64,000 nt of DNA from Eledone cirrhosa (lineage: Eukaryota). This document shows, piece by piece, positions 1-13,620 of this stretch (position 1 is the stretch's first letter; each line of letters starts with the position of its first letter). The stretch is taken from NCBI GenBank assembly GCA_964016885.1, contig OZ024740.1:109244001-109308000 (forward strand), read 5' to 3'. The position numbers and the translations under genes are program-made. The notes under the pieces are model-generated. The model was not told the origin of the DNA. It searched no databases and was given only the letters and a program-made list of their open reading frames with translations.

Positions 1-64
1 AGGCATACATACATGCTTGCATACATACATACATGCACACATACATACATGTATACATACATAC

Positions 65-148
<84 letters not shown>

Positions 149-162
149 GAGTACATACAAAA

Positions 163-204
<42 letters not shown>

Positions 205-380
205 ATACATATATACACGTATACATACATACATGTATACATGCGTATATGCACATATACATACATACATGTATATATACATACATATATACATGTATAC
301 ATACATACATATATACATATATACATGTACACATACATACATGCATGCATACATACATACATACACACATACATACATAT
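1..380. repeat. (TA)n/(TACA)n microsatellite
   Basis: Direct reading; source of spurious YI/HT-repeat ORFs. Confidence 0.95.
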
Positions 381-2829
381 TCTATCGGAGGTATGTTACT
401 GACTTCTACCAACAAGTTCTTAAGGGAGATACACTTATACCAGAATGGTTGACATTAGCACAAACATTACAGATCCCCAAGAACAAAGACACCCACTTGG
501 CAAAAAGCTACCGTCCCATTGCATGCCAGAACTTGATGTAAAAGATGTATACAGCCTGCCTGAACCTATTCCTCCAGGATCACTGTGAAAATAATAACAT
601 CATCACAGATGAACAAGCAGCTGGAAAGAAAGGGGTTTGGGAGTGTGCTGAACAACTCCTAATCAACAAAACTGCGATGTTGGAGGTGCGATAACTTAGG
701 AGGAATATGGCTACAGTCTGGCTGGACTACAGGAAAGCTTTCGATTCTGTTGCCCACTCTTGGATGATAGAGGCCCTCCAACTTGCTAAAGTCCCAGACA
801 TTATTGTCAGAGCCATAGAGAGGCTGTCTTCTCCTTGGGCTATTATCCAAAGGTTAAAGACAGAGAGGGAGGACTCTATTTTCACTGATAAAATAAAATA
901 TTGGGGGGGTATATTTCAGGGGGACAGTCTCTCTGTGATATTATTCATCTTGTCATTAAACCCCTTGTCCTTTTCTGCTCAAGAAATGTGAGGGATACAT
1001 CATTGGCTCACAGGAGGACAGAAATACGAACCTAACCTATAATTTCTTTCTGGACGATCTGAAATTCTATGCCAAGAATATGGATGAGATGAAGAAAAAT
1101 CTTGACCTGGTTAAAACGTTCTCAAAGGATATAGGAATGGAGTTTGGCCAAGATAAATGCTCATATATGACTGTAAAGCGGGGAAAAACAACAACCCAAT
1201 CTAGCAACATTGTCATCAATGGCCTAACTGTTTCACCGATATCTGATGAGGACTGCTACAGATACCTGGGGATAGATGAGAACATATCCTATAATGGTAT
1301 CTGTAATAAAGAACGCGTAACCAGGGAATACTACACCCGATTAAGAAAGATCTGGTCATTGGAACTCTCTGCGCAAAACTGGCTCACAATGTGTTTGCTG
1401 TGCCTGTCCTAACACCAATGTTTGGAATACTCAATTGGACGATAGACGAAATCCGAGCAGTTGATTTTAGAACTCGAAAAATACTGAACAACACCGGAAA
1501 CTTCCACATCAACAGTGACATAGACCGCCTTTACTTGAAACGTAAGCAGGGAGGCAGAGGCCTAACATTAGTCCAGACAACATTTGAATGTCGCATCATA
1601 TCTCTCCGACAACATCTATGAACCTCGAAGCGTAGGAGCCCGTTTCTCGAGCAAGTCTATCTGCATGAAACAGATAAGATCATGAGAATTGGGAAAGAAC
1701 TCCTCGAGAGATATTCCCTGTGTGATAATCAAAAACTCACATCCAGGGAAGTCGCTCAGCAGTATCGCAGTGAATCCATGGATCAAAAACTGCATACTTA
1801 TCAGCAAAAAATCATGCATCGATATGTTGCCAGGAAGCTCCAGAGTGAGAGTAATATAGATAAGGAAAGTAGTCTATCTTGGACCAACAACCGCTATATT
1901 GGCTCCCACTTTGAAGGATACGCTTTTGCAATCCAAGAACATGAGATTAACACGAAATACCTGATTCACAAAAGAGATAGAGATGCAGGCAAAACACCTA
2001 GATGTGATAACAAGTGCAGACTCTGCAGAACTAACATCGAGGATATCACCCATGTAATCAGCAGCTGTCCAAAGATGGCATCGCGGTACTATCTACCTAT
2101 GAGGCATGATGTAGTGGCCAAAACACTGTACAATGCAGTTCGTAAAAAAGATAGCCCCGATAATAAACACATTAAAAGCTACAACAATGTGGAAGACATT
2201 CATGTACATAATATGAAAGAGTACTGGTGGAATGTTCCAGTAAAAACCCCAATAAAATGCAGGCATAACAGACCAGATATTATGATATGGGACAGGAGAA
2301 GAAAGCATGCAGAGTGGTGGAAATTAGCTGCCCAGCAGATGCCAATATAATATCAAAGATTAGTGAAAAGGAGAATATTTATGCAGAAACTGATGAGAAA
2401 TCTGCAGATACTCCACCCTGATTACACCTTCAGATTTATGCCTGTGATTATTGGGGCACTGGGATATGTTAGTAACTGCCTCAATACAAATCTTGAGAAG
2501 CTAGGCTTCACAGGAACAGAAAGAACACAACTAGTTGGGAAATTACAACTACAATCCATTAATGGAAGAGTAAAAGTATGTAAAACATTCCAAAAATGTT
2601 GCATCTAATAACTGCATATACACATGTACAGATGTAAAGCATATACATATGCACACATACAACTCAAAACATCCACATCCACACATACAATAACATCCAT
2701 ATCTAACATGCATGCATACATAATCTACCTAGTTGATGTTGTGTAAATTCCAATGAATCTTGTGTCTATATTAGAAACCGACTCTCTCTCTATTGGTAAA
2801 ACTTTGTGAAATTATAAAACCAGAAGAAC
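381..2829 (+). mobile_element. 5'-truncated, frameshifted R4/Dong-like non-LTR retrotransposon (RT + CCHC + restriction-like endonuclease)
   Basis: ORF pieces carry YRPIAC, WLDYRKAFDSV, GIFQGDSLS, FLDDLK, YRYLG, GGRGL, CRLC-x8-H-x4-C, RHD and RPDI motifs. Stop at 2608, 3' UTR to ~2829, flanked by (TACA)n on both sides. Confidence 0.88.
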
Positions 2830-3095
2830 ATACATACATGCATACATACAGGCATACATATATACACGGTAGATTGAGCATTCTATATATTTTCCAAGCT
2901 GTATTTATATTCATTAATTAAACATGTGTATATTCGTGACTGTGTGTGTGTCTGCATATATATGACTATATGTTCGTGAGTGTGTGTTTGCATATATAAG
3001 TGAATATTCGTGCGTAAATGTTAGTTTGCATGTATGATTGTGTGTATGTGTGTGCGTATGTGTAGTTGTGTACATATGTATGTGTACCTGTGTGT

Positions 3096-3137
<42 letters not shown>

Positions 3138-3141
<4 letters not shown>

Positions 3142-4677
3142 TCATCATCATCGTCATCACCATTTTACGTCTGTTCTTCCATGCTAGCATGGGTTAGATG
3201 GGTTGTCCTGTTGTGAGCAGTGTCTGGTCGGCTGACCATGCCTTGCTCATACAGGAACTGATTTTGGCTTGATTTCTACAACTGGATGCCCTTCCTAACA
3301 CCAACCTCATTTACAGTGAGTGGTGGGTGCTTTTTCCGTGGCGCCTACACGTTCACTTTACAGTGTGGGCTGGGTACTTTTTTGGCGTGGCACCTCCACG
3401 ACCACCTTGTGGTGGGGGTGTGGGGGCATATTGTCTATATGCTTCAGCTTGTACTCATGGGAGGTCGGCTGCTCTGAATTACTGCGTGACGCCAGAGGTC
3501 ACGGTCGTGTGTCATCGCCTTTGAGAGTTGTAATTGGGTAAGGTCGGCTTTTATCACCTCATCCCAGGTCTTCTGGGGTCTCCCCACTCCGCGGTTTCCA
3601 TCAACTTTTAGTGCTCTTCACCTTTTTATGCAGCTGTCATCCTTCATACGCATCACATGTTCATACCAACGCAACCGCCTCTCCTGCACACAGCATTTGA
3701 TACCTCTTATGCTCAGTCTCTCTCTCAATTCATTTATGCTTTGTCGTTCGCGTATATTACTGTTACACATCCATCGGAGCATGCAGGCTTCGTTTCTCTC
3801 TAATCTACGTAAGTCTTCCACCTTCAGCTCCCAGGTCTCACTACCATGTAACATTGCTGTTCGGATACACGCATCATACAGTCTACCTTTCATTTTGAGG
3901 GAGAAGCCTTTTGCAGCTAACAGTGGCAGTAGTTCCCTGAACTTCTTCCATCCCGTTCTTACCCTAGTTATTGTACTTTCTGAACACCCACCTCCGCTGC
4001 TAATTCGGTCACCTAGGTAGCAGAAGCTGTCTACTGTTTCTACAGAGCCCTCTTAGAGATTGGTGGTACTTGTTTCCTGTGGCTGTTTGCTGCTTGCTGT
4101 CCCAGAACAGCTGCTGCATGTGAAGCCTACATTCTTAATTAAGCTTCCTGAGATCCCGCTACATCTCTTGTGTACCCATTGTTTGCATTTGGGGCAGAGA
4201 ATGGAGTTCCTACCTACACCTTTCCTACATACTGAGCAAGGCCATTTCCCCGAGGGGTACTGGGTTCTGTTTTCTCGTCTACTTACAAGGACCTTAGTCT
4301 TTGTCATGTTGACTTTGAGACCCTTTCTTTCTAGTCCCTGCTTCCAAGTTTGTAATTTCTTCTCTAGTTCTGCCATAGATTCAGCTATAAGTGCGAGGCC
4401 ATCAGCATACAGGAGTTCCCATGGGCATCCGGTCTTAAACTCCTCCGTTATTGCCCGCAGGACTATGATGAACAGGAGAGGGCTAAGAAGAGAGCCCTGG
4501 TGGACCCCAACCTGTACGCTAAATTCCTCGCTATACTCATTGCTAATCCTAACTTTGCTGACTGCTCCCCTATACATGGCTTGTACAGCTTTCACAAGCC
4601 ATTCTTCTACTCCTAGTTTTCTAAGAGCCCACCAGATTACAGCACGTGGATCTCTGTCAAAGGCTTTCTCGAGATCG

Positions 4678-4678
<1 letters not shown>
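3138..4678 (-). mobile_element. 5'-truncated RTE-clade LINE with Cys-rich (PHD-like) insert and (GAT)n tail
   Basis: DLEKAFD, GVHQGSLLSPLLF, LLYADG, KTKV, CSVC..CPKC..WVHKRC..CSSC, LHGSETW, RLRWYEHV; (ATC)n on + at 3138-3160. Confidence 0.9.
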
Positions 4679-4708
<30 letters not shown>

Positions 4709-4710
4709 CA

Positions 4711-4900
4711 ATCTTGTATTTTATCTGGTGAAAGCGCACCAAGAATGCCTTGGTTGCCCTTGAAATATATATAACAAAATAATTATGGTTTTATAAATAT
4801 AGTTTCCATTTATTAATATATTGAATATTTACTCCAGTTATCTGTTTAGTGCTTTATATCAGTTATAAACTTGAAATACCAACAAATTAAATATAACTTC

Positions 4901-4903
<3 letters not shown>
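4711..4903 (+). mobile_element. PLE terminal fragment with degenerate minimal hammerhead (4717-4781)
   Basis: TATTTTAT-CTGGTGA-stem II-GAAA-TATATA-TA-ACAAAATA; downstream sequence matches 60050-60188; flanked by (TA)n. Confidence 0.6.
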
Positions 4904-4948
<45 letters not shown>

Positions 4949-4950
<2 letters not shown>

Positions 4951-5126
4951 TACGTTATTCCGGGTTGAGTCGGAGGTAACCACAGTAAGTAAGGTACTCA
5001 ATACATTGCAGAGTATAAAAGTTTTAATATAGATGAGATTCTACAGGACTAGAACTGTTTCATTCTTTAGAAATCATCAGGAATCTGATGATTTCTAAAG
5101 AATGAAACAGTTCTAGTCCTGTAGAA

Positions 5127-5225
<99 letters not shown>

Positions 5226-5343
5226 TGAGATTCTACAGGACTAGAACTGTTTCATTCTTTAGAAATCATCAGATTCGTGATGATTTCTAAAGGATGAAAA
5301 TTTCTAAAGAATGAAACAGTTCTAGTCCTGTAGAATCTCATCT
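4949..5343. mobile_element. Fold-back PLE terminus, two palindromic HHR-bearing copies separated by (TA)n
   Basis: 5033-5132 and 5222-5344 are near-palindromes of the same ~50-bp HHR; same family at 22365-22420 and 32547-32730. Confidence 0.75.
5036..5086 (-). ncRNA. Type I hammerhead ribozyme
   Basis: Minus strand: AGATTC-CTGATGA-T(TTC TAAA GAA)T-GAAA-CAG(TTCTAGTC)CTG-TA-GAATCT; 6-bp stem I, GUA site. Confidence 0.8.
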
Positions 5344-5363
5344 ATAATCTTGGAGTATAAAGT

Positions 5364-5867
5364 ATAAAAGAGAAAACACAGGTAAGCATTAAGAGAAGGA
5401 TTTAATCCAGGTATTTACGACCGTTTCATTGGTAAGTGCAACCTTATATTGCTATACTGCAAATAGCAGCCACTCAATTATAATTGTTGTTCACAGTCCA
5501 AATTTTCAAAATAGTGAGTTACTCTTGAAATAATTCTTAATATATAGAGAAAAACATTTATTTGGAATTGTATTTACTAGTATAGAGAGAGAGGATTCAG
5601 AAGGTGCGGGGACAAATGGAATAGTATAGAGAGAGGGGAAGGGGGAGAGGTAGGAAGTAGAATGATAAACTGAGGTGGAGGTAGGGGTAGAGGTGGAAGG
5701 ATTCTTTGGTCAGTTTTGATAGCAGACATCATGTCGTGGAGTGTAGTGAGTTAAGGAGAATTAAATAGATAATAGTGGGAGGGATGGACAGAGAGGGAGA
5801 GAGAGGGGGGGAGATATAAAGAGATAAACATATATATATATATATACACACATACACACATACACAT

Positions 5868-5923
<56 letters not shown>

Positions 5924-5959
5924 ATATATACATACACACACACACACACACACATATAT

Positions 5960-6015
<56 letters not shown>

Positions 6016-6563
6016 AAATAAAGATAATAATGACAAAAATAAAAGCAAAGAAGGGGGTGAGAAGGAAGAAAGGAAAAGATAGCCAAGAAGGGGGAAGGAA
6101 GGAAGAAAACGAAAAAATAGAAGAGGAATGAGGGAGAAGGGGGGGGGGTATATGTATTGGTTTTGTGGGTAATTAAAGGGTCTAGATATAAGAGGGTATA
6201 AAGTCTAAGTATATGCAGTTTGTCAGTTGGTAGTAAGAGGTTAAGTGTTCGATTTGTAGTGCGAAAATTTCTCTTTGAGTCTATGGTTACAATAAATTGA
6301 TCTCTCAATTTTATTGTTGAGTAACCTATTCTTCGAACTTAAGATGTGGAACAGCTCGTAAATACAATTCCAAATAAATGTTTTTCTCTATATATTAAGA
6401 ATTATTTCAAGAGTAACTCACTATTTTGAAAATTTGGACTGTGAATAACAATTATAATTGAGTGGCTGCTATTTGCAGTATAGCAATATAAGGTTGCACT
6501 TACCAATGAAACGGTCGTAAATACCTGGATTAAATCCTTCTCTTAATGCTTACCTGTGTTTTC

Positions 6564-6570
<7 letters not shown>
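5364..6570 (-). mobile_element. 5'-truncated Naiad-type PLE with inverted 3'-end copy
   Basis: 6360->6241 translates YELFHILSSKNRLLNNKIERSIYCNHRLKEKFSHYKSNT*, like the C-terminus at 39850-39966; 5364-5577 and 6358-6570 are inverted repeats. Confidence 0.78.
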
Positions 6571-6639
<69 letters not shown>

Positions 6640-6643
<4 letters not shown>

Positions 6644-7036
6644 TTCAAAATATTAATAAATATAGACATTCATGTGATCAAATATATTTTATTATATATA
6701 TTTCAGAGGTACTGTGTTGTTTCCTCAGTACGTCCTCATCATATAAAATAAATTGATGTCTGACATACCTCAACTCTTGGCAGACTGGAATTGAACCATC
6801 ATCACAGTTGAGGTATGTCAGACATCAATTTATTTTATCTGATGAGGACGTACTGAGGAAACAGCACAGTACCTCTGAAATATATATAATAAAATATATT
6901 TGATCACATGAATGTCTATATTTATTAATATTTTGAATTAATATTAATAACTCCAGAAAACTTCATTGTTGAGTGCTTCTAATCTATTGTAAAACTATAT
7001 TCATTGATTAATCAATGAACCTTGTTTAACTTTTGG

Positions 7037-7038
<2 letters not shown>
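6640..7038 (+). mobile_element. Fold-back PLE terminal fragment in (TA)n
   Basis: Inverted arms 6640-6775 / 6806-6941 with a 30-bp loop; contains HHR. Confidence 0.75.
6831..6896 (+). ncRNA. Minimal type I hammerhead ribozyme
   Basis: TATTTTAT-CTGATGA-GGACGTACTG..CAGTACCTCT-GAAA-TATATA-TA-ATAAAATA; the left-arm copy has a C3A change. Confidence 0.8.
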
Positions 7039-7075
<37 letters not shown>

Positions 7076-7076
<1 letters not shown>

Positions 7077-7187
7077 CGAGGGAAAAGTGGTAAGGAACCA
7101 GGTGGACCATAACGCACCAAAGTACTCAATACTTGGGGTAGTAGAGTGGGTAATAGGAGTAAGTAAGACCACGGGGTCTTACTTACT

Positions 7188-7192
<5 letters not shown>
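7076..7192 (-). mobile_element. Short PLE-type terminus with hairpin
   Basis: 7076-7157 matches the reverse complement of 19077-19160; ends in hairpin ATAGGAGTAAGTAAGACC/GGTCTTACTTACTCCTAT. Confidence 0.6.
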
Positions 7193-7263
<71 letters not shown>

Positions 7264-7486
7264 ATATTTGTAGAAAACTTATAATGAAACAATTGTTTGG
7301 AAAGAGAGATATACTTTAACTTTAATTATATCTCATAAAATAATACAACTGGCTTTTCCACATAATACATATTGTTAGCACCCCAAACACTTAAATTGGG
7401 TTTATATTAAAATATAACCTAATGTTTGTTGAGTGAGATGGTTACCAGTCAGAGTTTAGCTTTAAACTATCTCTGTTATTGTATTA

Positions 7487-7549
<63 letters not shown>

Positions 7550-7731
7550 TATATATGTGTGCGTGTGTGTCTAAGCCTATGTGAAGGAAAGGAGGATATC
7601 TATACTTTCCTCGAAAATGTTTCGTTTCTAACAAACAACAGTAAACTTCCATTGTACGTTGTACAGTGAGATATTTACAATATATAACAATGATTGCCTT
7701 TCAGAGTAAGATTGGTCATCATACTACTTCG

Positions 7732-8115
7732 GGTGGTGGTGGTGGTGGTGGTGGTGGTGGTGGTGGTGGTGGTGGTGGTGGTGGTGGTGGTGGTGGTGGT
7801 GGTGGTGGTGGTTGTGGTGGTGATGGTGGTGGTGGTGGTGGTGGTGGTGATGGTGGTGCTGGTGCTGGTGGTGGTGCTGGTGGTGGTGGTGGTGGTGGTG
7901 GTGGTTGTGGTGGTGATGGTGGTGCTGGTGGTGGTGATGGTGGTGGTGGTGGTGGTTGTGGTGGTGGTGGTAGTGGTGGTGGTGGTGGTGGTGGTAGTGG
8001 TGGTGGTGGTGGTGGTGGTGGTGGTGGTAGTGGTGGTGGTGGTGGTTGTGGTGGTTGTGGTGGTGATGGTGGTGGTGGTGGTGGTGGTGGGGTTATTGGT
8101 GGTTGTGGTGGTGGT
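7732..8115. repeat. (GGT)n microsatellite
   Basis: Direct reading. Confidence 0.95.
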
Positions 8116-8303
8116 TGAGGTGATGAGGAGGGCAGTTTATTCAAGGGTCACACTTCAATCTGTCGTTGACCATGTATATAGTTAACGGACCAACGGTGCT
8201 AACCCATGTGTAACCATGAATGCTAATACAATTCTGTTATTGAACAATAGTCAAGCTGTACACAATGCATACACACGTATATACAGACATATACATACAC
8301 ATA

Positions 8304-8397
<94 letters not shown>

Positions 8398-8398
8398 C

Positions 8399-8610
<212 letters not shown>

Positions 8611-8793
8611 ATATAGTTAATAAATGAAACTAACAAAACACAGGAGGCCATTTTTACAGTTATATTAGGTTATATATATATACATATATATATACACACA
8701 TAACACGTGTATGTATATATGTGTATGAGTGTACATACGTGTGTATGTGTGGTGGGTGGGGGAAACCGTGTGGTGGATCAATGTAATGAATCA

Positions 8794-9310
8794 TCTATAT
8801 ACATAAATGACAATTTCTGTCTGTTTGTTTGTGAACCTAAAACTCAAAAACTACCAAACCGATCTTGATGAAAATTTGACACGTGTGTGGGGCTTAGGCC
8901 CATTTGATTTCTTACGCATATTTTATTTTAATCAAAGGGTTCCCCGGGGGTTCAAACCCTCCGCTGAGAATCCCCGCTTCATTTTTTCCTTTCGATTTAT
9001 ATGAAATTTAAACCATAGGTAAATGACAAGATATGATGCCCAATCACAAAATTTCAGCAATGAAACCTCCTAATGGGGATTCTATTTTTTTCCTTATAGC
9101 AACACTCAACTTCTATGAGAAACATTTTTTCTCTCCTGACCAATGCAATCAACAATATTTGTTTGTATTATTGTTTCGTAAATGAATTTGTCTTCGCTTT
9201 TGATTATCTGTCCTATATTTTGATTTCATTTTGGGTCTGAGAGGCATTAGGCATTTTAATGGGAACTGGGAATACCCCCGCTCCCCGGTATTACCGGGTA
9301 CCTCAGCTAG
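8794..9310 (+). mobile_element. Non-autonomous Helitron-like element
   Basis: 5' TCTATAT, TCTG/TTTG repeats, 3' hairpin CCCGGTATTACCGGG then CTAG, A|T insertion; internal block shared with 19500-19565. Confidence 0.75.
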
Positions 9311-9683
9311 TATATAATAAAATATTGCGAAGTAGATCTATTTGCGCGAGTGGTTAAAATGTTTGCTTCACAACCATAACATCTCGGGTTTGATCCAACT
9401 GTGTGGTATCTTGGCCAACGGGGTTTACATCCAGCCGGATACTGTATGACAAGTCTGAACCTTTGAATAACTGGTACAGTCAATCCGATGGGCTTCCAAA
9501 CAGTTCCAGTCTACCCAATTTCCTCACAAGGCATGGGTCGACTTGAGGCTATAGTATCATGACACTTTCCCAAAATACTATGCAGTGGGATTGAACCCAG
9601 GACCTAATGACTACGAAGCGAATTTCTTAACCATTCGGCTCTGTATAATAGGCTATTGATTACAATATGTATTTAGGTGAGAG

Positions 9684-9902
9684 ATAATTGTTTCTACTTG
9701 TGGCACAAGGCCACCAATTTAAAGGGAGGGGAAAGCCAAATTATATCGACCGTAGTGGGTTACTGGTACTTCATTTTATTGACCCCGTAAAGATGAAAGG
9801 CAAAGCTAACTCCGGTGGGATTTGACTCAGAACGTAATGGATGTAACTACATACCGCAAAGTATGCTATCCGACGCTCTACTGATTCTGCTAATCCACCG
9901 CC
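9684..9902 (-). mobile_element. tRNA-derived SINE, family A (Nin/Deu-like GCCTTTCATCC..GGGGTCRATAAA domain), diverged
   Basis: Reverse-complement match to the 47214-47404 copy. Confidence 0.7.
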
Positions 9903-9934
9903 CTATAGATGATAAATAATACACGCTTCGTACA

Positions 9935-10265
9935 TACAATCTTTGGAATGGAACTTCATCGGTTTTGAAGATGAATGTTTCAATTGTTCGATCAATGGAA
10001 CGACCTGTTCGTAAAATCAACGAGCAAGTGGCTGAATATTCCGCAGACACGTGTACCTATAACGTCATTCTCAGGGAGATTCAGCATAGAACAGTGTATG
10101 AAAAGGCAGGTCTTTAGAATTACAGGGGCAGTTCATTTCCCAGATTTCAGTACTATAAGATTTGACTCAACTCGTGGCTATGGTAATGACACTTGCATAA
10201 AATGCTGCACAGTGGGATCGAACTTGAGATCTCACGATTCCGAAGTGAACTTAACCACTTAGTCA
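9935..10265 (-). mobile_element. tRNA-derived SINE, family B, diverged
   Basis: Reverse-complement similarity to 48011-48328. Confidence 0.6.
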
Positions 10266-10572
10266 TACCTAAAAACTTACTAGGCAACGCGCAGAAACGT
10301 TTACTCTGCATACAGTGATACAATGATTTTCTCTCTTCATATGAAAGATGAAATCATTTTAATTTCAAATAATTGTTTCCATTTTAGACACCAGATCAGT
10401 ATATATATATATATTATTTTATTGACCCCAGAAGGATGAAAAGCAAAGTTAATATCAGCGGGATTTGAACTCAGAACGTAAAGGACCGTAACTAAATGCC
10501 GTAAAACAATGCATGGCTCTCTAAAGATTCTGCCAAAAACCACCACTATAATACCAATCTACCACCATTTTA

Positions 10573-13500
10573 AATAATGATTTCTAATTTAGGCACACGG
10601 CCAGCAATTTGGGGGAGGGGAAAAATGATTAAATCAACCCTAGTGCATGGCTGTTACATTATTTTATCGACTCCAGAAGGATGAAAGTCAAAGCAGGGTT
10701 AGAACATAGAACGTAAATAATTGTTACAAATATGACAGAACATTGTGTCAGGCGCCCCAGCGATTCTACCAAACCACCACCCCAGCGATTCTACCAAACC
10801 ACCACCCCAGCCATTCTACCAAACCACCACCCCAGCGATTCTACGAAACCACCACTCCAGCGATTCTGCCAAACCACCACCCCAGAGATTCTGCCAAACC
10901 ACCACCCCAGAGATTCTACCAAACCACTACTCCAGCGATTCTACTAAGCCACCACACCAGCGATTCTACCAAACCCCCACCCCAGCGATTCTACTAAGCC
11001 AACACTCCAGCGATTCTACCAAACCACCACCCCAGCGATTCTACCAAACCACCACCCCAGCGATTCTGCCAAACCACCACCCCAGCGATTCTACCAAGCC
11101 ACCACTCCAGCGATTCTATCAAACCACCACCCCAGCGATTCTACCAAACCACCACCCCAGCGATTCTGCCAAACCACCACCCCAGCGATTCTACCAAGCC
11201 ACCACTCCAGCGATTCTATCAAACCACCACCCCAGCGATTCTACCAAACCACCACCCCAGCGATTCTGCCAAACCACCACCCCAGCGATTCTACCAAGCC
11301 ACCACTCCAGCGATTCTATCAAACCACCACCCCAGCGATTCTACCAAACCACCACCCCAGCGATTCTACCAAACCACCATCTCAGCGATTCTGCGAAACC
11401 ACCACCTCACGATTCTACCAAACCACCACTCCAGCGATTCTACCAAACCACCACCCCAGCGATTCTACCAAACCACCACTCCAGCGATTCTACGAAACCA
11501 CCACTCCAGCGATTCTACCAAACTACCGCCCCAGCGATTCTACGAAACCACCACTCCAGCGATTCTACCAAACCACCACCCCAGCGATTCTACCAAACCA
11601 CCAATCCAACGATTCTACCAAACAACCACCCCAGCGATTTTACTAAGCCACCACCCCAGTGATTCTACCAAACCAACACCCCAGCGATTCTACTAAGCTC
11701 CACCCCAGCGATTCTACCAAACCAACACTCCGGAGATTCTACGAAACCACCACTCCAGCGATTCTAACAAACCACAACTCCAGCGATTCTACCAAACCAC
11801 CACCCCAGCTATTCTGCCAAACCACCACCCCAGCGATTCTGCCAAACCACCACCCCAGCGATTCTAACAAACCACCACCTCAGCGATTCTGCCAAACCAG
11901 CACGCCTGCGATTCTACTAAACCACCACCCCAGCGATTCTACTAAACCACCACCCAAGCGATTCTGCCAAACCACCACCCCAGCGATTCTACTGAACCCC
12001 CACCCCAGCGATTCTACCAAACCAACACTCCAGCAATTCTACCAAACCACCACTCTAGCGATTCTAGCAAACCACCACCCCAGCGTTTCTACCAAACCAC
12101 CACCCCAGGGATTCTACTAAACCACGACCCCAGCGAATCTGCCAAACCACCACCCCAACGATTCTACCAAACCACCACCCCAGCGATTCTACCAAACCAC
12201 CACTCCAGCGATTCTATCAAACCACCACCCCAGCGATTCTACCAAACCACCACCCCAGCGATTCTATCAAACCACCACCCCATCGATTCTACCAAACCAC
12301 CACCCCAGCGATTCTACCAAACCATTACTCCAGCGATTCTACCAAACCGCCACCCCAGCGATTCTACCAAACCACCACCTTAGCGATTCTGCCAAACCAC
12401 CACCCCAGCGATTCTACTAAGCCACCACCCCACCGGTTCTGCCAAACCACCGCCCCAGCGATTCTACCAAACCACCACTCCAGCGATTCTACCAAACCAC
12501 CACCCCAGCGATTCTACCAAACCACCACCCCAGCGATTCTACCAAACCATCACTCCAGCGATTCTACCAAACCACCAGCGATTCTACCAAACCACCACCC
12601 CAGCGATTCTACCAAACCACCACTCCAGCGATTCTACCAAACCACCACTCCAGCGATTCTACCAAACCACTACTCCAGCGATCTACCAAACCATCACCCC
12701 AGCGATTCTACCAAACCACCACCCCAACGATTCTAATAAGCCACCACCCCAGCGGTTCTGCCAAACCACCACCCCAGCGATTCTACCAAACCCCCCACTC
12801 CAGCGATTCTATCAAACCACCACTCCAGCGATTCTACCAAAACACCACCCCAGCGATTCTACTAAGCCTCCACCCCAGCGATTCTACCAAAGCACCACTC
12901 CAGCGATTCTACCAAACATCACTCCAACGATTCTACAAAACCACCACCCCAGCGATTCTACTAAGCCACCACCCCAGCGATTCTACCAAACCACCACCCC
13001 AGTGATTCTACCAAACCACCACCCCAGCGATTCTACTAAGCCACCACCCCAGTGATTCTACCAAACCACCACCCCAGCGATTCTACCAAACCACCACCCC
13101 AGCGATTCTACCAAACCACCACCCCAGCGATTCTACCAAACCACCACCCCAGCGATTCTGCGAAACCACCACCCTATAGATTCTACCAAACCACCAGCCC
13201 AGAGATTCTACCAAACCACCACCCCAGCGATTCTACCAAACCACCACCCCAGCGATTTTACTAAGCCACCACCCCAGCGATTCTGCGAAACACCACCTCA
13301 CGATTCTACCAAACCACTACCCCAGCGATTCTACCAAACCACCACCCCAGCGATTCTACCAAACCACCACCCCAGCGATTCTACCAAACCACTACCCCAG
13401 CGATTCTACCAAACCACCACCCCAGCGATTCTACTAAACCACCACCCCAGCGATTCTACCAAACCACCGCCCCAGCGATTCTACTAAGCCACCACCCCAG

Positions 13501-13620
13501 CGATTCTGCGAAACACCACCTCACGATTCTACCAAACCACCACCCCAGCGATTCTACCAAACCACCACCCCAGCGATTCTACCAAACCACCACCCCAGCG
13601 ATTCTACTAAGCCACCACTG
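10573..13620 (-). mobile_element. SINE family A copy whose 5' head is expanded into a minisatellite
   Basis: SINE body 10573-10756 runs into the array; TSD-like CATTTYAAATAATGAT at ~10566 and ~13628. Confidence 0.7.
10757..13618. repeat. 25-bp minisatellite (CCCAGCGATTCTACCAAACCACCAC)n, roughly 110-115 units
   Basis: Direct reading; unit number estimated from length/25. Confidence 0.95.

Noticed and set aside
6498-6526. Complete hammerhead in the 5364-6570 element
   Set aside because: Only GAAA-CGGTCG-TA was found; no convincing CTGANGA with stem I upstream.
7666-8185. Gly-, Val- and Pro-rich ORFs
   Set aside because: (GGT)n repeat that is open in several frames on both strands.
10745-13264. 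Mucin/extensin-like ORFs
   Set aside because: The 25-bp unit is not a multiple of 3 and derives from a SINE head.
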